Positions 11,958 to 24,979 of a stretch of DNA of 64,000 nucleotides are shown here, piece by piece (position 1 is the stretch's first letter; each line of letters starts with the position of its first letter). The notes below the pieces were generated by a model that had not been told where the DNA came from, made no database searches, and worked only from the letters and a program-made list of their open reading frames with translations. A program made the translations under genes and the position numbers. The stretch is from Octopus vulgaris (taxonomy: Eukaryota), in assembly GCA_951406725.2 (NCBI GenBank), contig OX597826.1, positions 63,674,001-63,738,000 of the forward strand, given 5' to 3'.

Positions 11958-13441
11958 CAATCATCTCATCAATATTTTCATAAAGCATCTGAAAGACTGT
12001 GATCTCTCAGGAAGCACATGAAAGCGGCTGACACTCATACTAAGACCTCATCGCCTCTATTCTGCTATAGGCAGTACTTAGTCTTTGGTAGATTACACGT
12101 TTAGAAATGGATATTTCCTTTGACAACTCTCAGCTCTAAATGAATAAGAGGTCACTACTGTTTTGTACAAATAATGAAATCATTAAAAATGAAAGAACCG
12201 TGGAAATTGACACTTAAGTGTTAAAGTATTTGTTTTAACAAATCTGAAGCAAAACTATGATCAAAGATATTCCAGCAGAACTATGATCAAAGACATTTGT
12301 ATTAACCACTTTCAATCCATTACTGACTATAGTATTGTGCAAGAATGATTTCTAACACAGAAACTAGAGATAGATATTTTTACAAAATGAGTAAGATCGG
12401 TTAGATCAATTCCAGTACTTGTCAAATACTTATTTTATTGACTTTCAGGAGAAAAAATTGAAAGGCAAAATCATCTTGGTAGGATCTGAACTCAAAATGT
12501 AGCACTTTGGAGGGTGTTTTCTCCTATAGCCTTGCACTGACTAATGCCTTGAATGTAGAATAGGGTAAACAGACACACTGCAGAAGCTTGTCTCAAGTGT
12601 GAATGTGTGTGTCTACGTATGTGTAAGTGTTTGTATGTGTATGTGTGTGCATGTGAGCAAGTGTGTCTTGGTGTGAAATTATTCAAATTGCATCCTTTTA
12701 AATCAAAAAGTAAATTAACCATTTTTATTAAATGATTTACATACTGAAATAAGTACTGTTGCTGATGTTATCAGCTTAGACTTATAAAGGCAGTGCTCCA
12801 GTATGGCCATAGTGCAATGACTGAAAACTGAGAACTACTCACAGCAAATCTCAAGTTTTTGGCTCAAGTATTTCAGGAACTTAACTCATTCATAAACATC
12901 ATAGATAGTTACTAACACTTATATAATGATTCCATATAAATATTTTAACTCAAATTCCTCTTGTCAATGAATTAATAATTTATCAAGTCATTGATCTTAG
13001 TTTTATGATCACACACACACACACACAGAATTGCAACTTATGTAACTATTACAGATGAATATCCAAGTCAGCTGACTGCATCCTTTCATATTACCACACA
13101 TATAGCATTACAGCAAAATAAATAAATAAATAGGTTGACTCAACTCTAAAGGAATTTGAGCTAAGAGTTGTGACCTGCCAAATATTTGGTACAACATTTT
13201 ATTATTTTGTTGTATCTCATGAGGGTTTCAATGCCAATAATAAACAGAAGCACTGGTTCTAGTTTACTTCTTTGTTATCTAGTTGTCAACTTGTTAGACA
13301 AACCTGAAGCCGACCTAGAGTAGAGAGGGCAGAACACTGAGCTTATAAATGGCAACAAAAGGACTTTGAGAAAATGGACTGATTGATAAACCAAGTGATT
13401 AATCAAACAATTGAATAGTTATTTAATTAAAGAGTTAACCA

Positions 13442-13855
13442 TAGGTGTAGGAGTGGCTGTGTGATAAATAGCTCGCTTACAAACCACATGGTTCCGGGTT
13501 CTGTCCCACTGCATGGCACCTTGGGCAAGTGTCTTCTACTATAGCCTCGGGCTGACCGAAGCCTTGTGAGTGGATTTGGTAGACGGAAACTGAAAGAAGC
13601 CCGCCGTGTATATGTATGTATATATATGTGTGTGTGTATATTTCTGTGTCTGTCCCCCCACCCAATATCGCTTGACAACCGATGCTGGTGCATTTACATC
13701 CCCCATAACTTAGCGGTTCGGCAAAAGAGACCGATAGAATAAGCACTAGGCTTACAAAGAAAGAATAAGTCCTGAGGTCAATTTGCTCGACTAAAGGCAG
13801 TGCTCCAGCATGGCCACAGCCAGATGACTGAAACAAGCAAAAGAGTAAAAGAGTA
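13442..13855 (+). mobile_element. SINE-A full-length
   Basis: AGGTGTAGGAGTGGCTGTGTG..GGTTCCGGGTTCTGTCCC ... AAGGCAGTGCTCCAGCATGGCC..TGACTGAAACAAGCAAAAGAGTAAAAGAG. Confidence 0.9.
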
Positions 13856-14351
13856 ATTAACAAATAAATAATAAAAAAGTGAAAGAGAATCCGTGTGTGT
13901 TTATTAGTGTTTTAGTGACTATCTTCCACCCGACCCCAAGATACAACACACAAGTTAACATCAAGAATCTTGATTTCAGCACAAGAATAATTTGTCCCCA
14001 AAGATATTACAGTGCTATTGTTGGCATTAACGTTATTGATTTGAAATGACACAGACTGAACTCATAACAGTATCAAATTATATGCGATAAAAATGTAGCT
14101 TGTCAAACACATAACCGTCTGTAACAAATCACTTTCAGTGATAACATATGCACAAGAAAACAGATTTTTGAGACAGGAAGCACAATAAAACCAGAAGTAT
14201 GTGTGTGTGAGAGAGAGAGAGGGGGCGATGAAAGAAAGGGGGAGGATAAGAGGAGGTCTTGGAATATAATTCTAAAAAAAAAAGAACGCTTTGAGAATAT
14301 AAAATATCTGTAATTAAGTCACTTTCAGTAAGATAATTGAAATTGGATTGG

Positions 14352-14596
14352 ACAGAGAGAAGGAGAGAGAGAGAGAGAGAGGAGGGGAGAGAGAGAGGGA
14401 GGGAGAGAGAAGGAGAGAGAGAAGGGGGAGAGAGAGAAAGTTAGGAGAGAGAGAGGGGGAAGTAAGCGAGAGAGAGGGAAGTAGGAGAGAGAGAGGGAAG
14501 TAGGAGAGAGAGAGAGAGGGAAGTAGGAGAGAGAGAGAGGGAAGTAGGAAAGAGAGAGGGATGTAGGAGAGAGAGAGAGGGGGGAAGGAGAGAGAC
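14352..14596. repeat. Purine-rich minisatellite (GGAAGTAGGAGAGAGAGAG-like units within GA repeats)
   Basis: Repeated GGGAAGTAGGAGAGAGAG units; source of the Ser/Leu/Pro ORFs. Confidence 0.9.
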
Positions 14597-14929
14597 TGGT
14601 AATACTGAACATTTAAGTGGGTTAGAGTCAAACAAATATGGATTCCAAGATAATTTCTACAGATTTATCTCCAGAGAAAAAGTATCTTTGACCTCTTTTA
14701 GGTTCAAATAATTAAACTGAAACTTCGAAAATGAATGTGTATATATGCATTTCTCTCTTCCCCTCTCTCTCCCTCCCACGCATTCATATATCGTTGTGTT
14801 CTGCTAGCAAAAACATTGACATGGGTTGTAATTTTTTTTTTCGTTAATTGACTGAATTGTCAAAGTCTTTTGCTGCTACACGTCTGCAGTCCTTCTAATG
14901 AGTTCTTTGAGACTGTTTTCAGTGACTGG

Positions 14930-15314
14930 CGGAAGCACTCCGTCGGTTACGACGATGAGGGTTCCGGTTGATCCGAATCAACGGAACAGCCTGCTCGTGA
15001 AATTAACGTGTAAGTGGCTGAGCACTCCACAGACACGTGCACCCTTAACGTAGTTCTCGGGGATATTCAGAGTGACACAGAGAGTGACAAGGCCAGCCCC
15101 TTGAAATACAGGTACAACAGAAACAGGAAGTAAGAGTGAGAGAAAGTTGTGGTGAAAGAGTACAGCAGGGATCACCACCATCCCCTGCCGGAGCCTCGTG
15201 GAACTTTTTAGGTGTTTTCGCTCAATAAACACTCACAACGCCCGGTCTGGGAATCGAAACCGCGATCCTATGACCGCGAGTCCGCTGCCCTAACCACTGG
15301 GCCATTGCGCCTCC
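14930..15314 (-). mobile_element. SINE-D (young tRNA-derived SINE), full-length with TSD
   Basis: Head GGCGCAATGGCCCAGTGGTTAGGGCAGCGGACTCGCGG..GGTTTCGATTCCC (A and B boxes), CpG-rich. TSD TCAGTGACTGG at 14919-14929 and 15315-15325. Confidence 0.9.
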
Positions 15315-15631
15315 TCAGTGACTGGTATATGTTCCCTGACTGGTAGCCTTGCTGATGATGTTGTTCTTGTTGTTAAGCAACAAGCCGGGTAAGGGTGATT
15401 AGGTGATGGTCTAGGGCTTAGGGGCGGGAGACCCCCAGACCATGGAAAAAGAAAAAAAAACTTTGGTCGTCTTGTTGTAGTCGAGGGCTCTTCATTGACG
15501 CCTGACACTACGGGAAGGTGGCCCTCGAAGTCGCTGGAAATGGACATCTCCAGGTTCAAATTATTGAACAGCTGGTGATGATGTTGAATCCGTGTGTGCA
15601 TACATCTTTGTATGTGCATGTGAGCATATGG

Positions 15632-15811
15632 GTGAAGTCCCTCCTCCCCTAATTCAATCAGTGATTTCTGATTTAGACACAAGACCAACAATCTTGAAGT
15701 GGGGCAGTTAACCGATTATAGGTGATGTCCCTCCTCTCCTAATTCAATCAGTGATTTCTGATTTAGACATGAGACCAACAATTTTGAAGTGGGGGCAGTT
15801 AACCGATTATA
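15632..15811. repeat. ~90-bp tandem duplication overlapping a SINE-B 3' end
   Basis: GGTGA(A/T)GTCCCTCCT..CCTAATTCAATCAGTGATTTCTGATTTAGACA..GGGGCAGTTAACCGATTATA twice; SINE-B (-) body continues to ~15897. Confidence 0.9.
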
Positions 15812-17054
15812 TCAATACCAGTAATTTCCCTGATACTTTATTTTATTGACCCTGGAGAGATGAAAGGCAAAGTTGACCTTGGTGGGATTTGAACTCACAG
15901 TCTGTGTGTTTGTGTGGGTGTGCTTGTAATTTGGATGGTGCTTTCTAGTAGTGAGTATCTATGTTTATTTGCAGCATCACTTCAGTTGTAATTACACATA
16001 CAGACTTACATACATACACATCACATATGAACAAACTTACACGTGCACATCAACACAGAAATTACTATTGTCACCACAAATATATAAGTACCATCACCCA
16101 AAGAATAACAGAGAACATACTGCTGTAGTCAAAGAATGTGGCAATTCAATAAAATCATAGAGTGAACTACAATCATGCATGTATCTTATTGACAGAATGA
16201 CCCACCCAAAATATGACAATACCTGTTTTGACTCTCAGTTCCACATCAAGAATCATGTGGAACAAACACACAAAAAATAACCCTACCTGTCTGTCTGTGT
16301 GCTGTATGCTAATATATACACATGCAGACAACTATGTAGTTAAGAAGTTCCTTTTTCAACTATATGGTTTCATGTTGAACCCCACCACTGCGAAAGTCCT
16401 CGCATAACCAGAAACTTGCTAGTGTATTTTATGAATGGAAACTGAAAGCATTGTATAAGAAATGTGTGTGTTTATATTTGCACTTCTCTAAAAGTTACTC
16501 AGCAACAGACAGTGATGTTGGAGTATGTAAAAAGGGTCTTGACTCCTATCATAGAGAGCATTAAGTCGGAACAAACATTGACCTCAACTATGGCGATCTA
16601 GTCAACCCATGCATGGAAATATAAACTTAAAATGATGATCATCATCATGTCTATATTTTGAAAAGCAAATGAGATAAAGAGTACTCAATACAAGTGGTAG
16701 AGTATATTGATTAAAATAAAGTAAATGTCTCAGTCAATAGTTACTTGAAGTTTCCCACAAATTTTCTCAATTGCCACGAGTGAAAGTTTGAGTAGCTATA
16801 GAATAAATCATTGATTTTACATATCAATACAACTATATGTATTTGTTCATAATACATGCACACACATACATAAAACACACACACAGTATTGGTGATTGGT
16901 GCTATAGTTTTTTTTTTAAACAAAATATGCTACAAAACTAATACATGAAATAAAATATACTTGAGCAGAATTTTAGTCAATGAGAAACTGACTAACTGCA
17001 ATGTGTTACAAATATTTATAGTTATGCTTTCAATTCACTCATATGCTAAGTAAG

Positions 17055-17433
17055 GAGGCGCAATGGCCCAGTGTTAGGGCAGCGGACTCGCGGTCGTAGG
17101 ATCGCGGTTTCGATTCCCAGACCGGGCGTTGTGAGTGTTTATTGAGCAAAAACACCTAAAAGCTCCACGAGGCTCCTGCAGGAATGGTGGTGATCCCTGC
17201 TGTACTCTTTCACCACAACTTTCTCTCACTCTTACTTCCTGTTTCTGTTGTACCTGTATTTCAAAGGGCCGGCCTTGTCACTCTCTGTGTCACGCTGAAT
17301 ATCCCCGTAAACTACGTTAAGGGTACACGTGTCTGTGGAGTGCCGAGCCACTTACACGTTAATTTCACGAGCAGGCTGTTCCGTTGATCGGATCAACCGG
17401 AACCCTCGTCGTCATAACCGACGGAGTGCTTTC
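17055..17433 (+). mobile_element. SINE-D full-length with TSD
   Basis: Nearly identical to the reverse complement of 14930-15314. TSD ATGCTAAGTAAG at 17043-17054 and 17434-17445. Confidence 0.9.
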
Positions 17434-17935
17434 ATGCTAAGTAAGATCAAAAACAGATAGACTATAAATGTGTGTATGCATATGTGAGTACACTTCGTAA
17501 AGTAGGTGGCATCAGGAAGGTCATCTAGCCATAGAGACCATACCAAAGCAGACAGTAGTGCTTAGTATAGTCTTCTGACTTGCCAACCCTTGTCAAGTCA
17601 TCCAAGCCATGCCAGCATGGAAATGGATATTAAATATATAAGTTGATTAGACTTGTTTTCACTTTAAAATCCACCTGGAGTGCAATGCAATTCGATGCAG
17701 AGGTAACGTAAAACATTGTAGAACATATTCCATGTTAAAGACTTTTGGACGAGCTTGGAGTCATTTTACTAAACAAACACTAAACACAGCACCAGTAATA
17801 AGAAAATAGACTTATGAATCTTTATTGAAGAAGTGGTATCTTATCCACGGTAACTTCCTCTATAGACAGAATACCAAAACTCAAAGACAGAAAACATTAG
17901 AAAACTGCTCTCATTTATCATTAAACCACGATAAA

Positions 17936-18080
17936 CCCTTTAGCATTCAGATTAATCTGTCAAATGTAATGCTTATTTATTCACATTGTTTTGAATTACT
18001 CATGCATTATCTTGCAGCTTTGGGTTTTCGATGTGACTGTTTATTTTTAAATGGAAGTGGCTGGTTTAAATGCTAAATGG
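17936..18080. mobile_element. piggyBac-type (TTAA) MITE
   Basis: Ends CCCTTTAGCATT ... AATGCTAAATGG|TTAA. Related pieces at ~914-948, ~25835-26325 and ~61180-61245. Confidence 0.65.
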
Positions 18081-18269
18081 TTAACAGACATTTTCTTCTT
18101 ACCTCACCAACTGTATTAGAGACTTACAAACAGCTTATTTGTGCAAGTGCTGCCAATCAAAAGATTCAAAAGGTTTCAGGGATCATCAGGAGAGAATGTG
18201 CACTATTTCTGGGTCTACCTCTCAGCAGCTTTACACCACACTGGCCCAATGCATTGATGTGAGGCCCAT

Positions 18270-18568
18270 GTAAAAAGCACCATCCGATTGTAGCCATTGC
18301 CAGCCTCGTCTGGCCTCCGTACCGGTGGCACATAAAAAGCACCATCCGATCGTGGCCGTTTGCCAGCCTTGTCTGGCACCTGTGCAGGTGGCACATAAAA
18401 AGCACCCACTACAATCTCGGAGTGGTTGGCGTTAGGAAGGGCATCCAGCTGTACAAACACTGCCAGATCAGACTGGGCCTGGCGCAGCCTTCTGGCTTCC
18501 CAGACCCCAGTTGAACAGTCCAACCCATGCTAGCATGGACAACGGACGTTAAACAATGATGATGATGA
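18270..18568 (+). mobile_element. SINE-C
   Basis: Internal AAAAAGCACC repeats, GGAGTGGTTGGCGTTAGGAAGGGCATCCAGCTG, tail CCAACCCATGCTAGCATGG..GGACGTTAAACAATGATGATG. Confidence 0.85.
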
Positions 18569-19187
18569 AACCAACAACATTCAATTCTAAGACCTCCATC
18601 TCAGAATCAGCAGTACCATTCAAATATTGTAGAGTCCCTTTATCTTATAGATATTCTTGCATACTTTCTCTTCAAAAGATTTGTAATCAGCACAGTGTGT
18701 ATACATTAAATATATTACATTACACATGCACACACACACACACATAAACACAAACTCACACATTAGCGTTGAACAAAATATTTGCAACTGAATTTAGTAG
18801 AAAACAATTTTTCTAAATCACATCGATAAACAAAACTTCTTTTCTCTTCTATTTTGATAATTTTTCGTTTTCCTCTGCCAGTGTGAAATTTCATCCCTCC
18901 CTACTCACATGAGAAAGATATTAATTTCTACACATGAATTACTTCTCTTTTAATATAACCACCGTTCAACCATGAAGAGGGCATAACTTATCAGGTGACA
19001 AGGGATAATCACTAGAATCAGTAAGCTTAATCATGGTCTGCTACTTCTGTAGGAATCAAAGCATAAACAGAAATGTCAACAGAAAAAAAAGTATATTAAA
19101 TGTCTAAATGTGTTATTATTGATAATAAGATTATCATTTCTCCAACTATTAATATTATCTTTGGAGATGAAATCAGTTTAATATTTA

Positions 19188-19560
19188 TAGGCATGGCTGT
19201 GTTGTTAATAAGCTTGCTTCGCAACCACATGGTTTCAGGTTCAGTCCCACTGTGAAGCATCTTGGGCAAGTATCTTCTGCTATAGCTCTGGGCTAACTGA
19301 TGCTTTGTGAGTGAATTTGGTACACGGAAACTGTGTGGAAACCTATGTGTGTGCATGTGTTCCCCACCCTACCACCTTGACAAACTATGTTGGCCTGTTT
19401 ACATACCCATAACTTAGCAGTTTGACAAGAGAGATTGATAGGTTATTAAGTACCAGACTTTAAGAAAAAACAAGCATTGGGGTTAATTCGTTTGACCAAA
19501 ACCTTCAAGGAATGCCCCAGCATGGCTGCAGTCCAATGACTGAAACTAGTAAGAGACACA
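19188..19560 (+). mobile_element. SINE-A degenerate
   Basis: Head GGCATGGCTGTG..GGTTCAGTCCCAC; tail CCCCAGCATGGCTGCAGTCCAATGACTGAAAC. Confidence 0.8.
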
Positions 19561-21404
19561 AGAAAATATTTCTACAGTTCAACTGGACTGGTCTCTCATC
19601 ACCTTCCTGTGCATGAGGTACACATCCAGAAATTAGTCACCTGTTGACAATCCAAGATCAAAATGATTAAAACTCAGTTTTGATGTAAATATTTAAAATG
19701 CTTGTTTTTAAAGCTGAATTTAATGGGATGAAAAATTATAAGTTTAGAAGACTGTTACTGTTGTTTAGTCATAAGTTAGCCCTTGCTCAGCTCAAGAGAC
19801 CTATAATGAAAACCTTGACACCCCCTGCCTTTTTAAGAGTACACAGACCTATATTATTTAATGTGTCCTTTATTTAAGACAGGAGGATGCTTTGAAATAA
19901 GATGGTTGGACATGGCTGTCTGGACACTGATGAACTGGCGCAGCCAACTGGACATTCAAACTGTTTTGGTGACAGTACATTTTGGCACCAGAGGCAAACA
20001 CACAAACACACATGCACAAGCATGCAAAAATATTTTCACACAGACAGAGACAGGGAGAGACATTAAAATGTATTAGATGAACCTGATTAACATAGACTTT
20101 CTCTCTCCTCATACACATAAAGAGAAATATGGTTGTGTTGTTAATAAGTTTGCTTTGCAACCAGATTCAGTCCCACATACATACATAAACAGACAGACAG
20201 ACAGACAAAGACAGAGAGAGAGACAGACAGAGAAGGACAGAGAGAGAGGGAGATATTAAAATGTCTGCTGTCAAATAAGTTAGTGTAGAATCAGCGACAC
20301 CAAATAGGTGGTGGCACCATATCCGAATGATTTGATGGAAATTCAGCAGCTATTTCTAGTAGGCCGAATGACGGTGTAGAGGCTCCATTGCTGGTTTATA
20401 ATTTTAAAAGATGCATATGTCAATGCGTCTTAAGACGGTGGAGAAATTAATGGCAGCAGACTGAAAGGACGCACAATATAATAATTGTGATTACATGACT
20501 TGAGTTTCTTAACCAATGCATATTTCCATTATTACTTCAACTTTACAACCACTTCAGCAACGAAATTTCACAAGTTTGATATTCCTTCCAGCAATATCTC
20601 TTTTTACATAATTTAATGGAATTTTGTCTTCAATAATATTTTTTTTTTTCTTTTTAAAGAGAATTTCTTTCAAAAAAAAAAAAAAAAAAAAAAATTCACA
20701 CTGGATGAATAATAATTATCATTGCCTTGTCTGGTCTTATGCAAAATTATATAAATTTGAGACTTGTGGCATTTATTATAATAGTAGGTGTGTCTGAATA
20801 CATGATTAAAGCAAAAAGCTTTAAAAGTGGTTACATCAGCCATTTTTTTCAAAATGAAGGGCAGGAGGAGGGGGAGAAAGAGGAAGGTGGGATGAGAAGG
20901 GGGAGAGAAAGAGGACGAAGAATGATTCTTAAAAAATTGAATATTCAATTTAAATGTCTTTTAAATTTAAGTACCAAGTACTATGAGTGGGTTGTTACAA
21001 ATTATTGATCAAGTCAAGTTAATTATTTACAATCAATTGCACCAAGTTTACTCGGCAAAATATAATAAAGATATTTTTTTGTTTTTGTTTTTTTTTAATT
21101 TTTGTTTTTCCCCCCCCCCGCTCAAAACTAGGCATTGCATATGTGTTAAGTGAAACAAGTATAAATGACTGATTTGCTCCCAAGTGTATTACAAGTACTT
21201 ATTTCACTGACCCTAGAGGAATGAAATGCAAAACCTGACCTCAGTGCATTAGAAGCATTAACTAGAAGAGGAATGAAATACAAAAACTATGTTCAACATG
21301 ATCGCTTGACAAAACAAAAATAATCAAAATAAGTAATGCAAAGTATGTAACTGCATGTGTCACTGTACTTTACTCCAGCTAAAACAAAAACATAATAGTT
21401 TCTT

Positions 21405-21744
21405 TGGTAAGAAGATTGCTTCCCAACCACATGGTTCTAGGTTCAGTCCTAATGCATGGCACCTTGGGCAAGTGTTTCCTATTGTAGCCTCAGACCAACC
21501 AAAGCCTTGTGAGTGGATTGGGTAGACAGAAACTGAAAGAAGTCTGTCGTGTGTGTATGTATATATATATATATGTAAAAAGCACCCACTACACTCACGG
21601 AGTGGTTGGCATTAGGAAGGGCATCCAGCTGTAGAAACATTGCCAGATTAGACTGGAGCCTGGTGCAGCCTTCTGGCTTCCCAGAACCCCGGTCGAACCG
21701 TCCAACCCATGCTAGCATGGAGAACGGACGTTAAACGATGATGA

Positions 21745-21783
<39 letters not shown>

Positions 21784-21990
21784 TATGTGTGTGTCTTTGT
21801 ATTTGTTTGTCCCTCACCAACCCTTGACAACCAGTGTTGGTGTGTTCATATCTCTGTAACTTAGCAGTTCAGCAAAAGAGACCAATAGGCTTAAAAGATA
21901 AATTCTGGGGTCGGTACATTCAACTAAAAATTCTTCAAGGTGGTGCCATAGCATGGCCACAGTCTAATAACTGAAACAAGTAAAATATAG
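21405..21990 (+). mobile_element. SINE-A with a SINE-C (21577-21748) nested in its internal (TA)n
   Basis: SINE-A halves flank AAAAAGCACCCACTACACTC..GGACGTTAAACGATGATGATG, with (TA)n on both sides. Confidence 0.85.
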
Positions 21991-22675
21991 ATGATAAAAA
22001 AGAGAATTATTAAAGGAAACTATTAGTGGCACAATCTATTGTCAATGATTTCATTAATTATTTCACATTAGAATATACCTATATAATGATAGTAATTAAT
22101 AATTAGTTACAACTGTATAATATCCACAAGTTGCAAGCTTGGCTTTGTGATTAAGAGGGTCGCTTCTCATCCACATGGTTTCAAGATTAGTTGCATTGCA
22201 CAGCACCTTTGTCAAATGTCTTCTATTATGGGCCCCAAGTCAACTTGTGCCTAGTGAGTGAATCTGGAAGATAGAAACTGTATAAAGCCAGTTGTGTGTG
22301 TGTTTGTGTGTACTTATGCAGGAACATGGGGCTTAGTGAATGTTCTTTTCTTCAAACAATGTCACCATCCATGAATGGTGAATTACAAATGTTGAAGTTT
22401 CTTAATTCCTTGTCAAGAAATCCTTTGATAGCTCTGCACTTTTGAAGATGTGTGGTATAAAATTCCCACTCTATTATTTGAAAAACAAGTAAGGGTTAGT
22501 GACAGGAAGATGCATCCGGGCGTAAGACAAAGCTTCACAAATAGGAAACTGAATTTTAGGCTTTAATGTGTACAAATAAACCAAAATCATCCATTGATAG
22601 ACATTTTGAGGTTTCTGGCTAAGTTATGCTAAAGCAGCTTTCCTAAAGACATACATGTCTGGGCAAAGAGTAAAG

Positions 22676-23040
22676 GCCCTCTTTGGTCATGACTGACCAT
22701 GGGATCATACCTAGAAAGTTACCCTCCTAGGCACAAGTCTGGGTACAGTTGTTTATGGAAGACCAGCAGTCACCAATGTGCACTAGCCTCCGCTCTCCAT
22801 GCCACTGATGTTATACAAGGGAAAGACAAAGGCCAATACAGCATGGCACCAGTGATGTTGCAACTCATTTCTACAAATGAGTGAATTTGAACAATGTGAA
22901 ATAAAGTGTCTGGCTCAAGTGTCGGGAGGGAAGGTTGGTATGCATGGGTGACTGCTGGTCTTCCATAAACAGCCATGCTTGTAATTCAGAGGGTAATTTT
23001 CTAGGTGCAACCCCATGGTCATTCATGACTGAAGAGGGTC
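22676..23040. mobile_element. Two inverted copies of another SINE-like family
   Basis: 22676-22795 is the imperfect reverse complement of 22925-23040 (TTTATGGAAGACCAGCAGTCACC / GGTGACTGCTGGTCTTCCATAAA). AAGTGTCTGGCTCAAG resembles a reverse SINE core. Confidence 0.7.
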
Positions 23041-23084
23041 ATTATACATACATGTCTACACAGCATAATAACAATAGTAACTGT

Positions 23085-23482
23085 TTATAATTTAAACACA
23101 AGACCAGCAATTTGGAGTGGGTTAATTAAATCAATTGACTCCAAAACTTGATTGGTACTTTATTTTACTAATCCCGAAAGGACGAAAGGCGAAGTTGATT
23201 TCAACAGGATTTGAACTCACATAACATAAACAGCCAAAATGAATACCATAAAACATTCATTTTACGACATTCAAACCCTTCTATCCAAGGCCAGCAATTT
23301 TAGGGAGACAGGGATTAGTCAATTAAAGTTACTTCAAGATTTAACTGCTACTGTTTTATCAACCCTGAAGGGATGAATGGCAAAGTTGACCTCAGAGGAT
23401 TTGAACTCAGAACATTTAGAGCTGGAACAAATATTGCAAAGTAATTTGACTGATGATCTAATAATTCCACCAGTTCATTGCA
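23085..23482 (-). mobile_element. Two tandem degenerate SINE-B copies
   Basis: GAAAGG(A/C)..GAAAGGC(G/A)AAGTTGA..GGATTTGAACTCA occurs twice. Confidence 0.7.
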
Positions 23483-24004
23483 CTAAAGAATAATTATGAA
23501 GATCATGATGATGATAACGACAGTAGTCATGACGGAGGTGGTGGTGGTGGCAGTGGTGATGATGATGGTGGCGGTGGTGATGATTTCTATATTTTTTTAC
23601 ATGGTTTCTTTATTTTAAAAATGACAATAATTTCAAAATAATAATGATAATAATAATGAAAATAATGTTAGCTAGTCTAATTAATGAAAAGTAATTAATA
23701 AAAACAAACAAAGAAAATTATTTACATTTTCTCGTTACTAAGTTCTGAAACCATATCCAAACAATTTTAATTAAGTTATTCTGTCTTCTGAAAAACAATT
23801 CTTTTTTTTAAAATTGTGTTTAAAAATGTCATTGTAAATAATGAACATTTATAATTAAATTTTATGCTCGCTCTCTCTCTCTCTCTCGTCTTCCTTTGTC
23901 TCTTTCGGATATGTAAACTATGATGATATTGTAAAGAATATATAAATTGAAATAGATATCTTTAAAAAAGAAATTAAAAAAAAAGCATTACCACAAAAAG
24001 ACAT

Positions 24005-24240
24005 GAAATCATCATCATCATTCCAATCATCAGCATCGTCACCCTCATTATCATCATTACCATTGCCATCATCACTGCCATTGTCATTCTAATCACCATC
24101 ATCAATACCATCATCGTCATCATTATCATCTTCATCAACCCCTTCCTCCTCTTCATTATCATCACCGTTGTCATCATTATTGTTATCATCATCCACTTCA
24201 TCGTCATCGTCACAATCAGTAGTAGTAGTAGTAGTAGTAA
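24005..24240. repeat. Degenerate (ATC)n / (AGT)n trinucleotide tract
   Basis: CATCATCAT-rich; explains the Met-rich ORF 23974-24330. Confidence 0.85.
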
Positions 24241-24588
24241 TCGCAATAGTATTAGAGATGGCAAAATTGCCAGAGTGATAGTAACTGTTTTACAGTTTTT
24301 AGTTGTGTCTCTTAACATAAATGGGTTCAAATCTCACTGGAGTTGATTCTTCCTTTCATTTTTCTAAGGTAAATACAACAAGTACCAGCCATATACATGG
24401 GAACAATTGAAATTGATTGTTGTTGCTTCTGAGTTGTGCTAGCTTGCTTTTCTGATGAGCAAAATGGACACAACTTGATAAATGATCATCGAAATGGCAC
24501 AGGAAATATTCTCCCATGAATAGGCATATTTCCAAGGAACACTGGAATCAAGGGATGTCACTTATATGATGGTGATGCTCATCTATAG

Positions 24589-24979
24589 GTGGCGAGCTGG
24601 TAGAAACGTTAGTGCGCCAGGCGAAATGCTTAGTGGTATTTCGTCTGAGTTCAAATTCCGCCAAGGTCGACTTTGCCTTTCATCCTTTCGGGGTCAATTA
24701 AATAAGTACCTATTTCTTTATTACCCACAAGGGGCTAAACACAGAGGGAACAAACAAGGACAGACATAGGTATTAAGTCGATTACATCGACCCCAGTGCG
24801 TAACTGGTACTTAATTTATCGACCCCGAAAGGATGAAAGGCAAAGTCGACCTCGGCGGAATTTGAACTCACTTAAATAAGTACCAGTTACACACTGGGGT
24901 CGATGTAATTGACTTAATCCGTGTGTCTGTCCTTGTTTGTTCCCTCTGTGTTTAGCCCCTTGTGGGTAGTAAAGAAATA
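24589..24979 (+). mobile_element. SINE-B with an antisense 5'-truncated SINE-B nested inside (24711-24871)
   Basis: Outer TSD GGTGATGCTCATCTATAG at 24571-24588 and 24980-24997. Inner TSD TTAAATAAGTACC at 24698-24710 and 24872-24884. Confidence 0.9.

Noticed and set aside
17055-17130. tRNA gene (also 15240-15314 and the SINE-A/B heads)
   Set aside because: A and B boxes are present but there is no complete acceptor stem or cloverleaf, and the sequence continues into a SINE body flanked by TSDs.
18085-18265. Host coding exon (ORF 18077-18262)
   Set aside because: No convincing splice sites; more likely a short decayed LINE RT fragment, and too degraded to call.
20636-20695. PolyT/polyA hairpin or terminator
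   Set aside because: Simple homopolymer runs, common throughout the window.
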